Shown: positions 14,561 to 27,591 of the stretch, one piece after another
Layout of the letters: each line of letters starts with the position of its first letter
How positions within the stretch are numbered: the first letter of the stretch is position 1
Source: Chiloscyllium plagiosum
Lineage: Eukaryota
NCBI RefSeq assembly: GCF_004010195.1
Contig: NC_057749.1
Location: forward strand, 19,213,538 to 19,277,484
DNA length: 63,947 bases
Reading direction: 5' to 3'
The notes under the pieces: model-generated
Database searches by the model: none
Seen by the model: only the letters and a program-made list of their open reading frames with translations
What the model was told of the DNA's origin: nothing
Program-made: the position numbers and the translations under genes

Positions 14561-16699
14561 ACATGTCATAGAATTTCACTAAATGCCAGGAATTGTGGAA
14601 TGCTGAAAATTTAATTCCATGGGTTTTTGAGCCTTACCTTTATTCTCACTTCAACGTGTAGGATCCATGAACATGGAGTAACACGTAGGGTGCAAGGACA
14701 GATCAGTTTTGTGTCCCCATCATTAACTTCTATCAAACATTGTGAGAGTTAGAAAGGATTATGCAACTAAGTATTTGAACTTATGTAGCACTTTCTTGCA
14801 ACTCCCAGAAACATCTCAAAGTGCTTTACATACATTAAATTAGAAGGACAGTGACTTGAAGTGCAGCAACTGTTCTGCACATAGCACAATGCCTCAAACA
14901 GCAGTGACTTAATAACTGGCCAATCAGTTTGTCATGATGTTGGATGATGAAAGAAGTTGGTCACTAAAAGAATACTCTCTACATACCTTCAAGTGTACTA
15001 TGCAATTTTTTTTTTAAACATTCTTATGAACCGTTGGAACTGGATGTTTACTGTCTCACCTGAGTTGGTACTGCCTCAGTGTTCTACTTAGTTTTAGATA
15101 TGACCAAGTTCCAGGTTAATGTTTGAACTAAGCTGATGGGAGTTGAGATGCAGCTAGATGAATCAACTTGAGAGCAAATTTATCTCATTTGGAAGTACAT
15201 TTATGCTGAAGTTTTACACACCTCATCTTTTTCATTGAGAGGAGTTATGGTTTACAAATAGTGCTCATCAGTTAGATGGACAAAACCAACGTGCCGTCAT
15301 TGCTTTAGAAAGCTGTCTTTTCTCCTTTGAAAGTATAACATGAGAAAAACCTTACATGTGGTAAGTTAGAAAATTTATCTTGTGTTGCTCCTTTATTAAT
15401 TTACCCTTTGAATTACATGATACGAACAGGACTTCATTTGCTGCCACTACTGGTTTCCCAGGGTGGATAATAGTGAGCTTTCTTCAACCACTACCAGCTT
15501 GGTGATGAAGCTGCTAAAGAGAAAATTCTAGAATATTAATGCAGCAATGACAAAAGAACACCAGTAATATCCAGGTTAGGATGTTGTGTCACTTTGAGGA
15601 GAACCTTGAGATAGTGATCTCAGATTTTATGCTTGATCCTTCATTGTAGTTGAGAGCTATGCTATCAAATACCCTGGATGATATAGTGAACTGTATCCTG
15701 CAGGTTAAACATACTGCAGGAACAGCACATTCACTGGATGTAGAGAATATCAAATTTCATAGCAGAAGAATTAAGCAGACTGCATTGGTTGGGATAATAT
15801 CAAGCTTCTTGACTGCTATGGCTGTGTCCATTTGAAGCAGATAATGAATATTCTATTATTTACTTAAGCAAACTACATTTAGAGAGTTTTTTTTTAGGGG
15901 ACAGGCAGTAAACTCACTTTGTAGCTATGATGCTGATCTGGCTGGTCCAGTTAAGCTTATCACCCGTGTTAACCTTCATGATTTTGCTGGTGAGGGTATT
16001 GTCATGGTGGTGCTATTGAAGATCATTGAAGATGGTCATTATCTAGCAGTTGGAAGGCCATCCATTTGTTATCTGTAACCTGGTTGTTATGCAGATCCTG
16101 ATTGAAAAGGTCTGCTTCGTTATGAGAGGTGCTGTAAGAGCTGAATGCTGAATTTGCAGATAACCCCATTTCTAGCTTTTATGGAAGTGTGTCCATTCAT
16201 AAAACAGCTGAATATGGTTGGACCAAGGATGCTTCATTAAGAAACACTGGTATCCTTGGCTTCCAACAACTTCAGTATCATCTTTTGTGTCAGGTATAAC
16301 TTTAGCCACTGAAGGCTTTTTTTTCTTTAACCATACTTATACCAAAATAACCCAAGTTTCATCAGTGATCATTTGTGCTGTAGTTTGTTGAATGGTGCTT
16401 GAATATTGAGCATGGCAATACTTCACCTCTGTTCTACCATTGGTTCTTAATCCTACAGTCAGTTCTTCTGTAACACAATGTATTCCTATGCAATCCGTGT
16501 TTTCAAAAAATTGCACTTTAGAAACAGCACTTAGTGTTTGAGCTGTAATTGCATTTTAAAAGTTCATGGTGTAGAAATAGTGCCCCATATTCATCAACCA
16601 CATTACAGCAAATTCATGTTGACAAAACCTGGTTATAACAAAATGACCTGTGTGTCTTAGTTGTTGGTATAATGAGATCTGCAGCCATTTGATTATCAC

Positions 16700-16933
16700 T
16701 TCAAAGTTTGTGCGAAGATTTGTAGCTCGGGTGCTCGTTGTTGTGGTTCTGTTCGCCGAGCTGGAAGTTTTTGTTGCAAATGTTTCGTCCCCTGGCTAGG
16801 CGACATCATCAGTGCTTGGGAGCCTCCTGCGAAGCGCTTCTTTGATGTTTCCTCCGGTGTTTATAGTGGTCTGTCCCTGCCGCTTCCGGTTGTCAGTTTC
16901 AGCTGTCCGCTGTAGTGGTTGGTATATTGGTAT
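16700..16933 (-). mobile_element. Penelope-like terminal (pLTR) fragment with 13-bp TSD and hammerhead motif
   Basis: Flanked by the perfect direct repeat ATTTGATTATCAC (16687-16699 and 16934-16946). CpG-rich. Minus strand reads CTGATGA-T-GTCGCCT-AGCC-AGGGGAC-GAAAC. Confidence 0.8.
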
Positions 16934-19266
16934 ATTTGATTATCACGGAATGAAATGTGAATGTTTGTGGAAAGGGTATTGGTGAGTTGGTGTTAACTGA
17001 TGACATTATTCCATCCATTAGTTTTGATGAGAAAAAGGCTAAAACGGTAGTAATAGATTAGGTTAGATTTATCCTGTTTTTTTCTGAATGGGATGCACCT
17101 GTTAAATCTCACACATGAGTTGGTAGGGGTTTGACTTATAGGTTCTCATAAAAGCAATGGTATCATTCCTACCCTGCGGACAATAAAGCCTGGTTTCAAG
17201 CCTAACCTGCTCTGGAGATGTGTAAAGAAGTCTCTGAACATGTTTATTAGAAAATATATAAAGGTTTGTCTTCTCTGTATTGGAACAGCTAGGCTATGTG
17301 AGCATTTCGCTCTGGTACATGCATACTCAGTTGAACAGCTGGTTTACTATTGAGGCTCATTGTCTTAACTGTGTCCAGTACACTCAGATTTATCTCCGTA
17401 TTCAAACAATGATCTGAATTGGCATTTATGATATTGGGGACCTCACATTGGCCCATTAGGAATTGCTTACTGTGCATAAAGACACTCTCAAGTCCTTAAG
17501 CTTTTTTACATTCATTTCCTTGACTCCAATGATAGGATGTTTACTGAATCTTCTCCTGTTGTTTGTTACCTGGTAGTCCTCAACCTTGCTTGACTGGATG
17601 TGTTAAAGCTTATAGCACTGTGCTATAGTGCTTTGCTCTGTTGTTTCTGCATTTACTTGCCCCTGATTTTATCTTGTGCTTTTGGTGTTCGACATGCAGA
17701 TAGTAGTTTCACCAAATACGTCATTCACGTATGTGCTTGGTGCTGCTCTTGGCACGCCTTTACACTCTCCATACTGTCACTGAGCTTGATGACTGTCCAG
17801 GTAAGGGATGTGCTGACCTATGAAGCCATGCTTTATGGTGATATGCAATTATGTTATGATTATATTGCAGTCATGGTTCATAGAGCCTTATAGATTCTGA
17901 TGCTTTGGGTTGTTAGATGACATCGTAGCATGGCAATAATGCCATTCTAACCAATGGAACTTGTGCTTGTTATAAAAGTGAGACTTTTGTTTTCACAAGG
18001 TCATTCCAGTGCATTTACTTTTTCATGTTGGTTTCCTTCAATGAGATGCATGTCCTTGGTCTAGCAATTGTGTGCTTGTGGACTTGGTCATTTCAGTGAA
18101 TTTATTTCTCAGAGCTTCCTCCAAATGTTATTCCAATCTGATTTATTCATTGAGAGGAACATTGAGTGGTGACCAGAATATGTCTTGACCTTATTTGAAA
18201 CTTTCTGGAGTCAGGAGTTAATGTTGAGAACTGCTGGCTTTATTTGACTGTTATCACTATTCCCTCACCTCTAATAGGTCTATCTTGCTGAGGGGACAAA
18301 CCCACAATGAAAATGGGAGTTTATGACATTAGCTCCTTAATGTTTCATTTGGGCTCATTCTCCATGTGATGAGGAGGGCTTTATTCGGCTGACTGCACTG
18401 TGGTTGTCCTAAAACAAAGCTTGAATGTTTGACAGACATTTTAATTTGTTTTTGAACTTGTTGCAGTTGTCCACAATTGAATGGGACCGGAGTCATGTGG
18501 AGACCAGACTTGATGGGAGTGGTTGGCTCTCTGTTGTGTTTTATTGCAACCCAGATGCTGGTGTTGAACCACAAATGACCAGATTTATTCAGCTTGGTTT
18601 CACAACTTGATGTGCTGAGATTTGAACTCATGATCTCGGTTTGTTCCGAGTGCCAGTCACTATCCTGGTAGAACAGGAGACATAAAAAAAATGTCAGAGC
18701 TCAGTCTGCTTGTGATTTATCCTCCTTTTGGATTAGTAAATTCCAGGTTCCTCCTGGCTACTGCACACTGAGTTTTAAAACCCTTGATTGTCAATTACAA
18801 TATTGTAATTCTGAAAATAGTCTAGTGTGGATGCTAATATCCAATCTCTGGCAACTGCACAAGATGGATTTTGATAGCACTGTGGGAGCATGATGCCCAT
18901 CCATTCGCTTGACAGCAGCAGCCTGAAATCAAACAGATTGAGAGATGCCGCATTTCTTTGTAGTTAGAATACCTTCCACAGTTTTGATTCAAGCTCAACT
19001 TCACCATATAAATTAACTTCTGACTGGTCTGTTACAGGGTCTGTCTCATTTATTTTTTGTTGGACTTAGAGTTTCTACTGGTAGAGAGGAGAAATGTTGA
19101 CTGGTTGAGCCATATGGCTATTATCTGTCTTGTACATTTTTGAGTCAGTTTGTAATCAGTTCTTTGTTGTTACTGTTGATTTATCATTTTAATGAAGCTT
19201 GGATGTGTCAAAATTAACTTACCCCTGACTTATCCATGCCATATTGCAGGTGTCAGCCTTTTAGGT

Positions 19267-19625
19267 GTTGGAGGTGTCGTCTTTCGGATGAGACATTAAA
19301 CCGAGGCCCCGTCTGCCCTCACAGGTGGACGTAAAAGATCCCAAGGCACTATTTCGAAGAAGAGCAGGGGAATTATCCCCGGTGTCCTGGCCAAAATTTA
19401 TCCCTCAACCAGTACTTTTTTTTTAAAAAAGACAGAGATTATCTGGTCATTTTCACATTGCTGTTTGTGGGAGCTTGCTGTGCACAAATTGGCTGCCACG
19501 TTTCCTACATTTACAACAGTGACTGCACTTCAAAAGGACTTCATTGGCTGTAAAGCGCTTTGGGACGTCCTGAGCTTATGAAAGGCGCTACACCAAGGCA
19601 AGTCTTTCAAGTCTTTCTTCTCTTT
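19267..19625 (+). mobile_element. Deu-domain SINE (SacSINE1/AmnSINE1-like), 5'-truncated and well preserved
   Basis: GTCTTTCGGATGAGACATTAAACCGAGGCCCCGTC...AAAGATCCC...GAAGAGCAGGGG...CACATTGCTGTTTGTGGGAGCTTGCTGTG...AAAGCGCTTTGGGACGTCCTGAG matches the recalled Deu domain and 3' tail. Confidence 0.8.
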
Positions 19626-19921
19626 TGTTGATCTCCTAGATCTCACTGTTGAGCTTCTGCTTTGATATGTGGATGTGGATCAGCAGAGATAGGAGAAATT
19701 TCATGACACTAAGTGCAACTTTATTTGAAGAAACAGTGTCCCTGGGTGATTTTCTTTTTCCCGACCACACCCCCAACCCACTCGCATTGGAAGAAACTTA
19801 TAATTGTATGCCGAGGTTGAACTTCAATATAAGAAAATAAATATCACGTGGAGCAAGTAATCTGACTTCTCTTCCTACGGGACTAATTGTATTTAATAAA
19901 CACTTCTCTGTTTGATTGCAG

Positions 19922-20016
19922 CGCTGGTCAGACTTTTTGGATCGTTACATGAATTCCGATTCTACCTCTCCCGAACTACGGGAACATTTAGCACAGAAAC
20001 CTGTGTTCCTGCCTAG
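19922..20016 (+). CDS. SIN3A: SIN3A coding exon (3rd from last)
   Basis: Acceptor ttgcag|CGC, donor AG|gtaagg; 95 nt, ends in phase 2. Encodes [31 protein letters not shown](R). Confidence 0.97.
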
Positions 20017-20639
20017 GTAAGGCTTTTCCATTAATTAAGCTATGATCATTGAATCGCTGTAAATGATACTTAGTTGTTTGGGAGGACACAACTTAATTGT
20101 TGCTGAAAGAAACATGCTTTTTGTCTTGCATTTGTGTGCTGATGAGTGGAATATTTCGAAGAGAGGTCCATAGGACTACACGGCACAGAGGGACTAGTTT
20201 GGACCATCCTGCATGTTCTGGCTTTTTGGAAAATTAGTACCAATTAGTTCCACATCCTGCTTTTTGTCCATAACCCTGCAAGTTTTTCATTCTCTAGCAC
20301 CTGTCCAACTCCATTTAAAAATTATTTATGAAATCGGCTTCCACCTTTTGAGCTAGAGTGATCCATATCTCATTAGCTCCCTTGAGTAATGACATTTTCT
20401 AAATCCTTTGCTAATTAATTTAAATCCATGACCCTCAGTTTGATTTGTCTTCGCTATTGTCCTCATCAAAGCCTCTCACCTTGAATACCTGGTAGGTCAT
20501 CTCCAAATTTTTTCCAACCTGCCCTCAGAACTAAAGTTCTTCAAACAGCTAATATTCTGATAAAACTCCTCTGTACCGTTTCTAATGCTTTTTAAGTCCT
20601 TTTGTAAAGAAACAGATAATATACCAGATTCCAGTAGTC

Positions 20640-21810
20640 TTCCTACAGTATTGTCATGGGTGAAGTGAGCTGCTGAACAAGTATGAGGTAATTAGAGTTG
20701 AAGTTGTGAAGGGTAGATCATGTCTGGATAATACAGTTGAGTTTTTTGAGGACGTCATTCACAACAAGAACAGAAGATTGTTTATTTATCTTGTCTTTGT
20801 GCATTGTAGGAAAGCAAATTAGTAAGATTCCATTGCAAGAAATTAACAAGGCTGTGGGTGTGTGTGTGGAATCAGAGGCAATCTTTGGCATGTATTGATA
20901 ATTGGTTGTTTAAGTGGGTGAGGGATAAAGAGAATCTACTTGATTGCTATAATGTGAGATGTCATGCTCCTCGGGGATGTGTTTTTGACCCTCAGTGTTT
21001 CACCATATAAATGACTTAGGTGAATTATTACAGAATTGCACATTCGGGTTTGTAAATGATGCTAAGTCAGAAGGCAGAATACGTCGCTGGGTGGGAACAG
21101 GAAGCTACAATCATATGGAGTTCAATGTGGAGAAGTATGAGATGAACTAAGAATGGCTAATCAGAATATTTTATTAATAGCACAAGACCAGAAACTGGAA
21201 GAGCAAAGGAGTTGAGAGGTAGTGTATAAATCAGGAGCAATCAACATGCCCACTGCAATGTTATCCAAAAGGCTTATTGCATAGGGAAAAGGGTAAAATC
21301 CCCAGATTGCACAGAGCTTCAGTCAGACCCCATTTGAAGTATTACATTCAGTTCTGATCACTACCACAGGCTGGATATGTTTGTCTTGAAAGGAATACAA
21401 TTGAGATGTACTAAAATGAAAGAACAGTTCAACGGTTTAATTATTAGCGTAAATATTTGAAATGTGCAATATATCTCTTGAGTTCAGAAGGTGAGATACT
21501 TAAAATTAAAAAAAGATTAGTAGAGTAGAGACAGAGAAGCAGAGGGAATCCAAAAAGAAATACATTCACTGAATTGGAATTTGATCATTTATCATGAAGG
21601 AAATTTTTCACACAATAATGGAAATGTGCAATCATGTCCTCTAACAGACGGTGGATATGTGAGATTTTCAAGACTAAGACAGAAGTAAGAATGTCAAGGG
21701 ATATGGAACAAAAGATGAATAAATGTCATTGTGTTCTACATCAGTAGTGATCTAATTTGATAGAAAAACAGGCTCCATGGGCTAAGTGGCATTTTCCTGT
21801 TCCTAATGTT
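20640..21810 (+). mobile_element. Highly decayed CR1 fragment
   Basis: Recognisable remnants of CR1 RT DNA (gttgagttttttgagga, atggagttcaatgtggagaagt, ttcctgttcctaatgtt tail); no long ORF. Confidence 0.65.
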
Positions 21811-22555
21811 TGAATGAGCAAATAACATTGAAAAGAGAAAAAGAAGTTTAAAAATTCAGAGGTGAGATGGAAGATTGAATATATTAAATGCAACTGCATT
21901 CACCAGTTTCAATGTGCACCCTTTTTGAGAGTTCACTGCACAAAGTATCATGGACATACTATGCGTCATTATAATAACTGGTCATTGTGATAGGAATAAT
22001 CTTTGAGAGGTGAGATGGAGAGAATTTGTTTTTGTTCACATTCACTTAACCAAGATATGTTGATTGATCACAAGGTAACATGTTGGGCATTACTATTCCT
22101 TGTAAGGGTTTTACACATTCCATTGCACCCTGTGAGCTACTTTAAGGCAGTAAATTCAATTTGTAGACCTTCCTGAGAAATTATTGTCCTAAAATATATT
22201 TGTCAGTACATTGCTTGGAAGCACGTGTTTTAGTACATTCAACTGTAACATTTAAACCCTTTTATTTATCACCTGCAAATATTCTTTCAGTTACTTATTT
22301 CTCACAGTAATAAGGTTTAAAGTAAGTTGGTTTCTGAACAGTATGCTTCAGTAGGAGGTGGAGTATATTTTGCTTTGTCAGTTACCAGCCATCAACACCA
22401 TCACTGAGAAAGAAGCTAAGACCTTGTTTTTAGAGATATATTCAACTGCATCCTCCATAAAAAGGGGAAAAAAGCTTATATTTATATAGTGCTTTTCATA
22501 ATCTAGGGACACCTTAAAGCACTGCAGGCAACTAAGTACTCTTATTTAAGTGTAG

Positions 22556-23267
22556 TGTTATGAAGATATGGGTGTACTGTACCTTTTAAGAGAGTTAAAA
22601 GCTGGTAGATCTACCTGACAGCACCAAGTGTTCTCAGTAAGATAACAATGTAACACACTTGGTCAAAAGCTAAATTAGCTGGTTGCCTAGAAATGACAAA
22701 ACAGATTCAAATTAGGCCAATCAGTTTAAATTATACCATGAAAAAATACCAAGTTCCAATCATGTTTGAATTGAGTATATTGACATTCTTAAAAGCCCAT
22801 GACACAATCTGATGCTTTGAGAGTGTAAGACTGGGAAAACTGAACAGTTGAGAGGAGAACTGCTAAGCCCCAGCATGTAAAAAGACAGCCTGAAAAGTAG
22901 CTCTCTGAAAGATACCTTTATTGATCAGTAACCTGTGAAGCAGAATGTCCAAAAAGAAGAAGACAGTAATACAGAGAAAACTGAAAGCTGCCTGGTTTTG
23001 TGATAAGCAGTTTTATTTTGTAAATCCTACTTGGGAGTTTTATTGGACTAGTATTGTAGAAGGGCAAGGTATAAGATAGGTTAGAGGAAGGAGTTGTAAA
23101 TAGTTGTTAGTTAATTATTCTTTGTTATGCTTTAAGAAATTAAATTGTTAATTTTTACTTGAACTAGTTCTTGGCCTATTAAATTTTTGCAGATTACTGC
23201 ACGGGATAAATCTTTTCTGTGTGGCTGGTTTTAAATTAAGCAGGAGAGTTTACATCATGTCATAACA
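22556..23267. mobile_element. Solo LTR (Gypsy/ERV-type), 712 bp
   Basis: Inverted termini TGTTATGA...TCATAACA and a 4-bp TSD GTAG (22552-22555, 23268-23271). It splits an antisense Deu-SINE remnant (~22475-23425). Confidence 0.85.
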
Positions 23268-23429
23268 GTAGTCACTATTGTACTTAGGAAACACGATGAC
23301 CAAATGTGTGTAGCAAATTCTGATAAACTATGATACTGCTCAGATAATCTGCTTTGTTACTTTGTTTGAGGGATATATGTATTGACTAAGACTCCTGAAA
23401 TAACACCCCTGCCTTTCTTTAAAACAGTT

Positions 23430-24250
23430 AGATAAAGTGTGGCACTGGAAAAAAACACAGCAAGTCAGACAGCATCTGAGGAGCAGGAGAGTTGCTTTGG
23501 GCAGGATCTTTCATTAGAAGTGGGGAGGGGGAAGGGGTTCAGAAATAAATGGGGGTGGTGTGGCTGGGGGAAGGTAGGTGCGATGGCGATAAGTGGATGC
23601 AGATAGAAGGTTTTTGTGATAGCTCAGTGGGAAGCATGCAATGAATAGATGGGAAGGAAAATGGACAGGGAGGTCAGGTCAAGAGGGTGGTGCCAAGACG
23701 GAGGGTTGGATCTGGGATGGGGTGGGGAGATTTGGAAACTGGTGAATTCGATGTTGAGGCCAAGTGGTTGTAGGCTCCCGAGGTGGAAAATGAGGTTTCT
23801 TCCTCCAACTTGCAGGTGGCCTTGTTTAGATGGTGCAGGAGACCCAGAATGAACATGTCATTGGGAGTTGAAATGGATAGCCACTGGAAGGTGGGGTTGT
23901 TTGGTGCCTACAGAGCAGCGGTGTTCCCTGAACCATTGTATGAATTTGCGCTCAGTCTCTCTGTAGTGGAGACCACATCTGGAGCAATGGATGCAGTAAA
24001 TGAGGTTCGAGGGTATGCAAGTGGATCTGCTGGATTTGGAATGATCCCTTGGGGCCTTGGATGGAGGTGAGAGGGGACAAGTCTTGCACCTCTTGTGGCA
24101 GTAGGGGAAGCTGCCTGGGGTGGACGGGGGTTGGTAGGGTGTGTGGACTAACGAGGGACTTGCAGAGGGATCGGTCCCTATGGAACACATATTGTTAGGG
24201 AGGGAAATATATTTTTGGTGGTGGGGTCTGACTATAGGTGATGAAAATGT
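23430..24250 (-). mobile_element. Penelope-like element 3' part (GIY-YIG endonuclease remnant)
   Basis: Minus ORF 23858-24190: CHKRCKTCP...SNLIYCIHCSRCGLHYRETERKFIQWFREH...PVAIHFN. Confidence 0.88.
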
Positions 24251-24336
24251 TGAGATTTAGATATAGTAGCTGGACAGAGTACAAGAGAGCTTTATTCAGT
24301 ACCTGAGGTTTGCAGTATAATACAATGACTATAATA

Positions 24337-24654
24337 GGGGCGGCACGGTGGCTCAGTGGTTAGCACTGCTGCCTCACAGCGCTAGGGACCCAGGTTCGAT
24401 TCCGGCCTCAGGCGACTGTCTGTGTGGAGTTTGCACATTCTTCTCGCGGGGGCTTCCTCCTGGTGCTCCAGTTTCCTCCCAAAATCCAAAGATGTGCAGG
24501 TTAGGTGAATTGGCCATACTAAATTGCCCATAGAGTTAGGTGCATTAGTCAGGAGTAAATGTAAGGGAATGAATCTGGGTGGGTTACTTTTCAGAGGGTC
24601 ATTGTGGACTTGTTGGGCCCAAGGGCCTGTTTCCATGCTGTAGGGAATCTAATC
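24337..24654 (+). mobile_element. tRNA-derived SINE (HE1/V-SINE type)
   Basis: A box TGGCTCAGTGG, B box GGTTCGATTCC, V-domain GTCTGTGTGGAGTTTGCACATTCT, and a CR1-like 3' tail. Confidence 0.88.
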
Positions 24655-24707
24655 CAATTGATGGTATGATATACCATTGACATAGAACAAGAGGCAATTT
24701 AGAGCGA

Positions 24708-24845
24708 TGATGGAAAAGCACAGCAGGTCAGGCAGCATCCGAGGAGCAGGAAAATTGACATTTCGGGCAAAAGCCCTTCGTCAGGAAGGTGTGCTTTTCC
24801 AGCACCACTCTAACCTTGACTCTAATCTGCAGTACCCACTTCTGC
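24708..24845. mobile_element. Short Penelope pLTR-derived element with hammerhead core
   Basis: Minus strand of 24752-24787 reads CTGACGA-A-GGGC-TTTT-GCCC-GAAA-TG-TC. Partial inverted arm (tggaaaagcac / gtgcttttcca). Confidence 0.7.
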
Positions 24846-26132
24846 ATAGAGTCATAGAGATGTACAGCATTGAAACAGACCCTTGGGCTCAACCTGTCCA
24901 TGCCGACCAGATATCCCAACCCAATCTAGTCCCACCTGCCAGCACCCGGCCCATATCCCTCCAAACCCTTCCTATTCATATACCCACCCAAATGCCTCTT
25001 AAATCCACCACATCCTCTGGCAGCTCATTCCATACACATACCACCCTCTGCGTGAAAAAGTTGCCCCTTAGGTCTCTTTTATATCTTTCCCCTCTCACCC
25101 GAAACCTATGCCCTCTAGTTCTGGACTCCCCGAACCCAGAGAAATGATTTTGTCTATTTATCCTATCCATGCTCCTCATACTTTTGTAAACCTCTATAAG
25201 GTCACCCCTCAGCCTCCGACGCTCCTGGTAAAACAGCCCCAGCCTGTTCAGCCTCTCCCTGCAGCTCAAATCCTCCAACCCTGGAAACATCCTTGTAAAT
25301 CTTTTCTGAATCCTTTCAAGTTTCACAACATCTTTCCGATAGGAAGGAGACCACAATTGCACGCACTATTCCAACAGTGGCCTAACCAATGTCCTGTACA
25401 GCCGCAACGTGACCTCCCAACTCCTGTATTCAATACTCTGACCAATAAAGAAAAGCATACAAAACGCCTTCTTCACCATCCTATCTATTTGCGACTCCAC
25501 TTTCAAGGAGCTATGAACCTGCACTCCAAGGTCTCTTTGTTCAGCAACACTCCCAAGGACCTTACCATTAAGTGTATAAGTCCTGCTAAGATTTGTTTTC
25601 CCAAAATGCAACACCTCGCATTTATCTGAATTAAACTCCATCTGCCACTTCTCAGCCCATTGGCCCATCTGGTCCAGATCCTGTTGTAATCTGAGGTAAC
25701 CCTCTTCGCTGTCCACTACAACTCCAATTTTGGTGTCATCTGCAAACTTACTAACTGTACCTCTTATGCTTGCATTCAAATGATTTATGTAAATGACAAA
25801 AAGTAGAGGACCCTGCACCGATCCTTGTGGCACTCCACTGGTCACCGGCCTCCAGTCTAAAAAACAACCCTCCACCACCACCCTCTGTCTTCTACCTTTG
25901 AGCCAGTGCCTTTCCAAATACATGTACATCCTGTCCCTCAGGATTCCCTCCAACAACTTGCCCACCTCTGAGTTCAGGCTCATCAGTCTATAGTTCCCTG
26001 GCTTGTCTTTACTGCCCTTCTTAAACAGTGGCACCACATTAACCAACCTCCAGGCTTCCAGCACCTCACCTGTGACTATCGATGATACAAAACTCAGCAA
26101 GAGGCCCAACATTCACTTCTCTAGCTTCCCAC
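24846..26132 (-). mobile_element. CR1 LINE 3' part with internal deletions
   Basis: 248-aa RT ORF 25366-26112 (GVPQGSV, KFADD); (GACTCTAT) tail at 24846. Confidence 0.93.
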
Positions 26133-27383
26133 AGGAACAAGAGGCAACAAGGACTGGTTATGTTTTTAACCTTATCGCTTTGTTTAACTGGTTGGGCAGT
26201 CTCTTTACCGGCACAATTTAAATGTATTTATTTTTATTTCTGTTCACATATTCCAATCACAAGAACTGAGGTCCTTTATCCTTGGTGGTTCCGAAGTGGA
26301 ATGCATAAATCATAGGAAACTAAAAAGTGTTTTTTTCCCACAATTGGTCATCACTGTATAATCTCTTGTACAAAGTAGTTTTGTTGCTTGCACAGAATTT
26401 TACAGTTGTGCTGCATATGTTTTGGGATAGTTATATTTACCAAGGATTTTTAATGGTGTTTTTCATGAGCACGGATGGAACGAGAATTTATAATGTTCCC
26501 CCTAAGTGCATGGAAATGCAGCAGCCCATGGTTTTGTGCAGGATACGAACAATTGGTACTTTTAAATTAGCAGGCATGCATGACAGAGTGAAATTAATTT
26601 TGAGGATCTGCACATTTGAATGAACAGCTTTTGCAAATTAGAAAGCATCACTGGATCACAGGATCGATCGAGGAGGTCATTTGACTGATTGTGTCCAGTT
26701 CCCTTCAATTGAATCTGCCTCCACCTATCTGGACAGGCGGTGCAGCCCAGATTTTTACTTACAATGGGAAAACATTTTGCTTTTGCTTTTGCTTCTTTTA
26801 CCAAATAATTTAGATGATATGTTTGTTAACACCAATGTGTCAATGATGATTGCTAACTTGCATGCTCACCCTTGATTATTGCTGATGTGTGCACGATATT
26901 AAGCTTATTTTTAAACATTAAAATGAACATTTCGCTTTAACACATTATCTCTCAGCTAATATTAAAACTGAATCATGAATTGGTATTTGTCACTATTGCT
27001 ATATTTATGAGCAATGTTGCTACTCATGCTGGGTGTCAGCATGTCCAGCCTATGTTAAATCTATTTAATGGTGAATTTTGACTTAAAAGTCAACCTGAAT
27101 TTTTGAAACTTATGGACCTGGAGGGAAAGAGCAGGAGAGTGGAAATAATTAAATAGACATTTCGGAGAATAGGCTTGGACACGTGGGCCAAATGGCCTCC
27201 TTCATAATATTCTTTAGAAAGTCATTGCAAAGTTTTCTGAATTGTAATTTGAGGAATTTGGAGGCAAGCACAAAGGTGGGATGACGACAGTGACTGATGT
27301 TTTGCAGATCTTGAACTTTATCAACTTCTTTGTTCCATTGCACTCATCTGAGTCACTGACCTGTATGTCCTTTTCTCTTTTAG

Positions 27384-27591
27384 GAATCTGCGCCGAATTC
27401 GCAAGTGCCAACGGGGTCGGGAGCAGCAGGAAAAGGAAGGGAAGGAATGCAGCAATAAGAAATCCATAGAAAATGCAGAGAACTATGATAAAGCGCAGTG
27501 CAATTTTAAACTCAACTCTTACAAGATGGTGTATGTCTTCAAATCAGAAGACTACATGTACAGGAGAACTGCGCTGCTCAGGGCTCGCCAG
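27384..27591 (+). CDS. SIN3A: SIN3A penultimate coding exon
   Basis: Acceptor ctcttttag|G, donor CAG|gtcagt; 208 nt, phase compatible with the previous exon. Encodes [21 protein letters not shown]...[29 protein letters not shown]. Confidence 0.97.

Noticed and set aside
25108..25629. Long ORFs antisense to CR1/Penelope (also 5312-5737, 5996-6442, 53652-53999) and SINE-derived ORFs
   Set aside because: These are shadow frames of repeats that recur in each copy; there is no independent gene signal.
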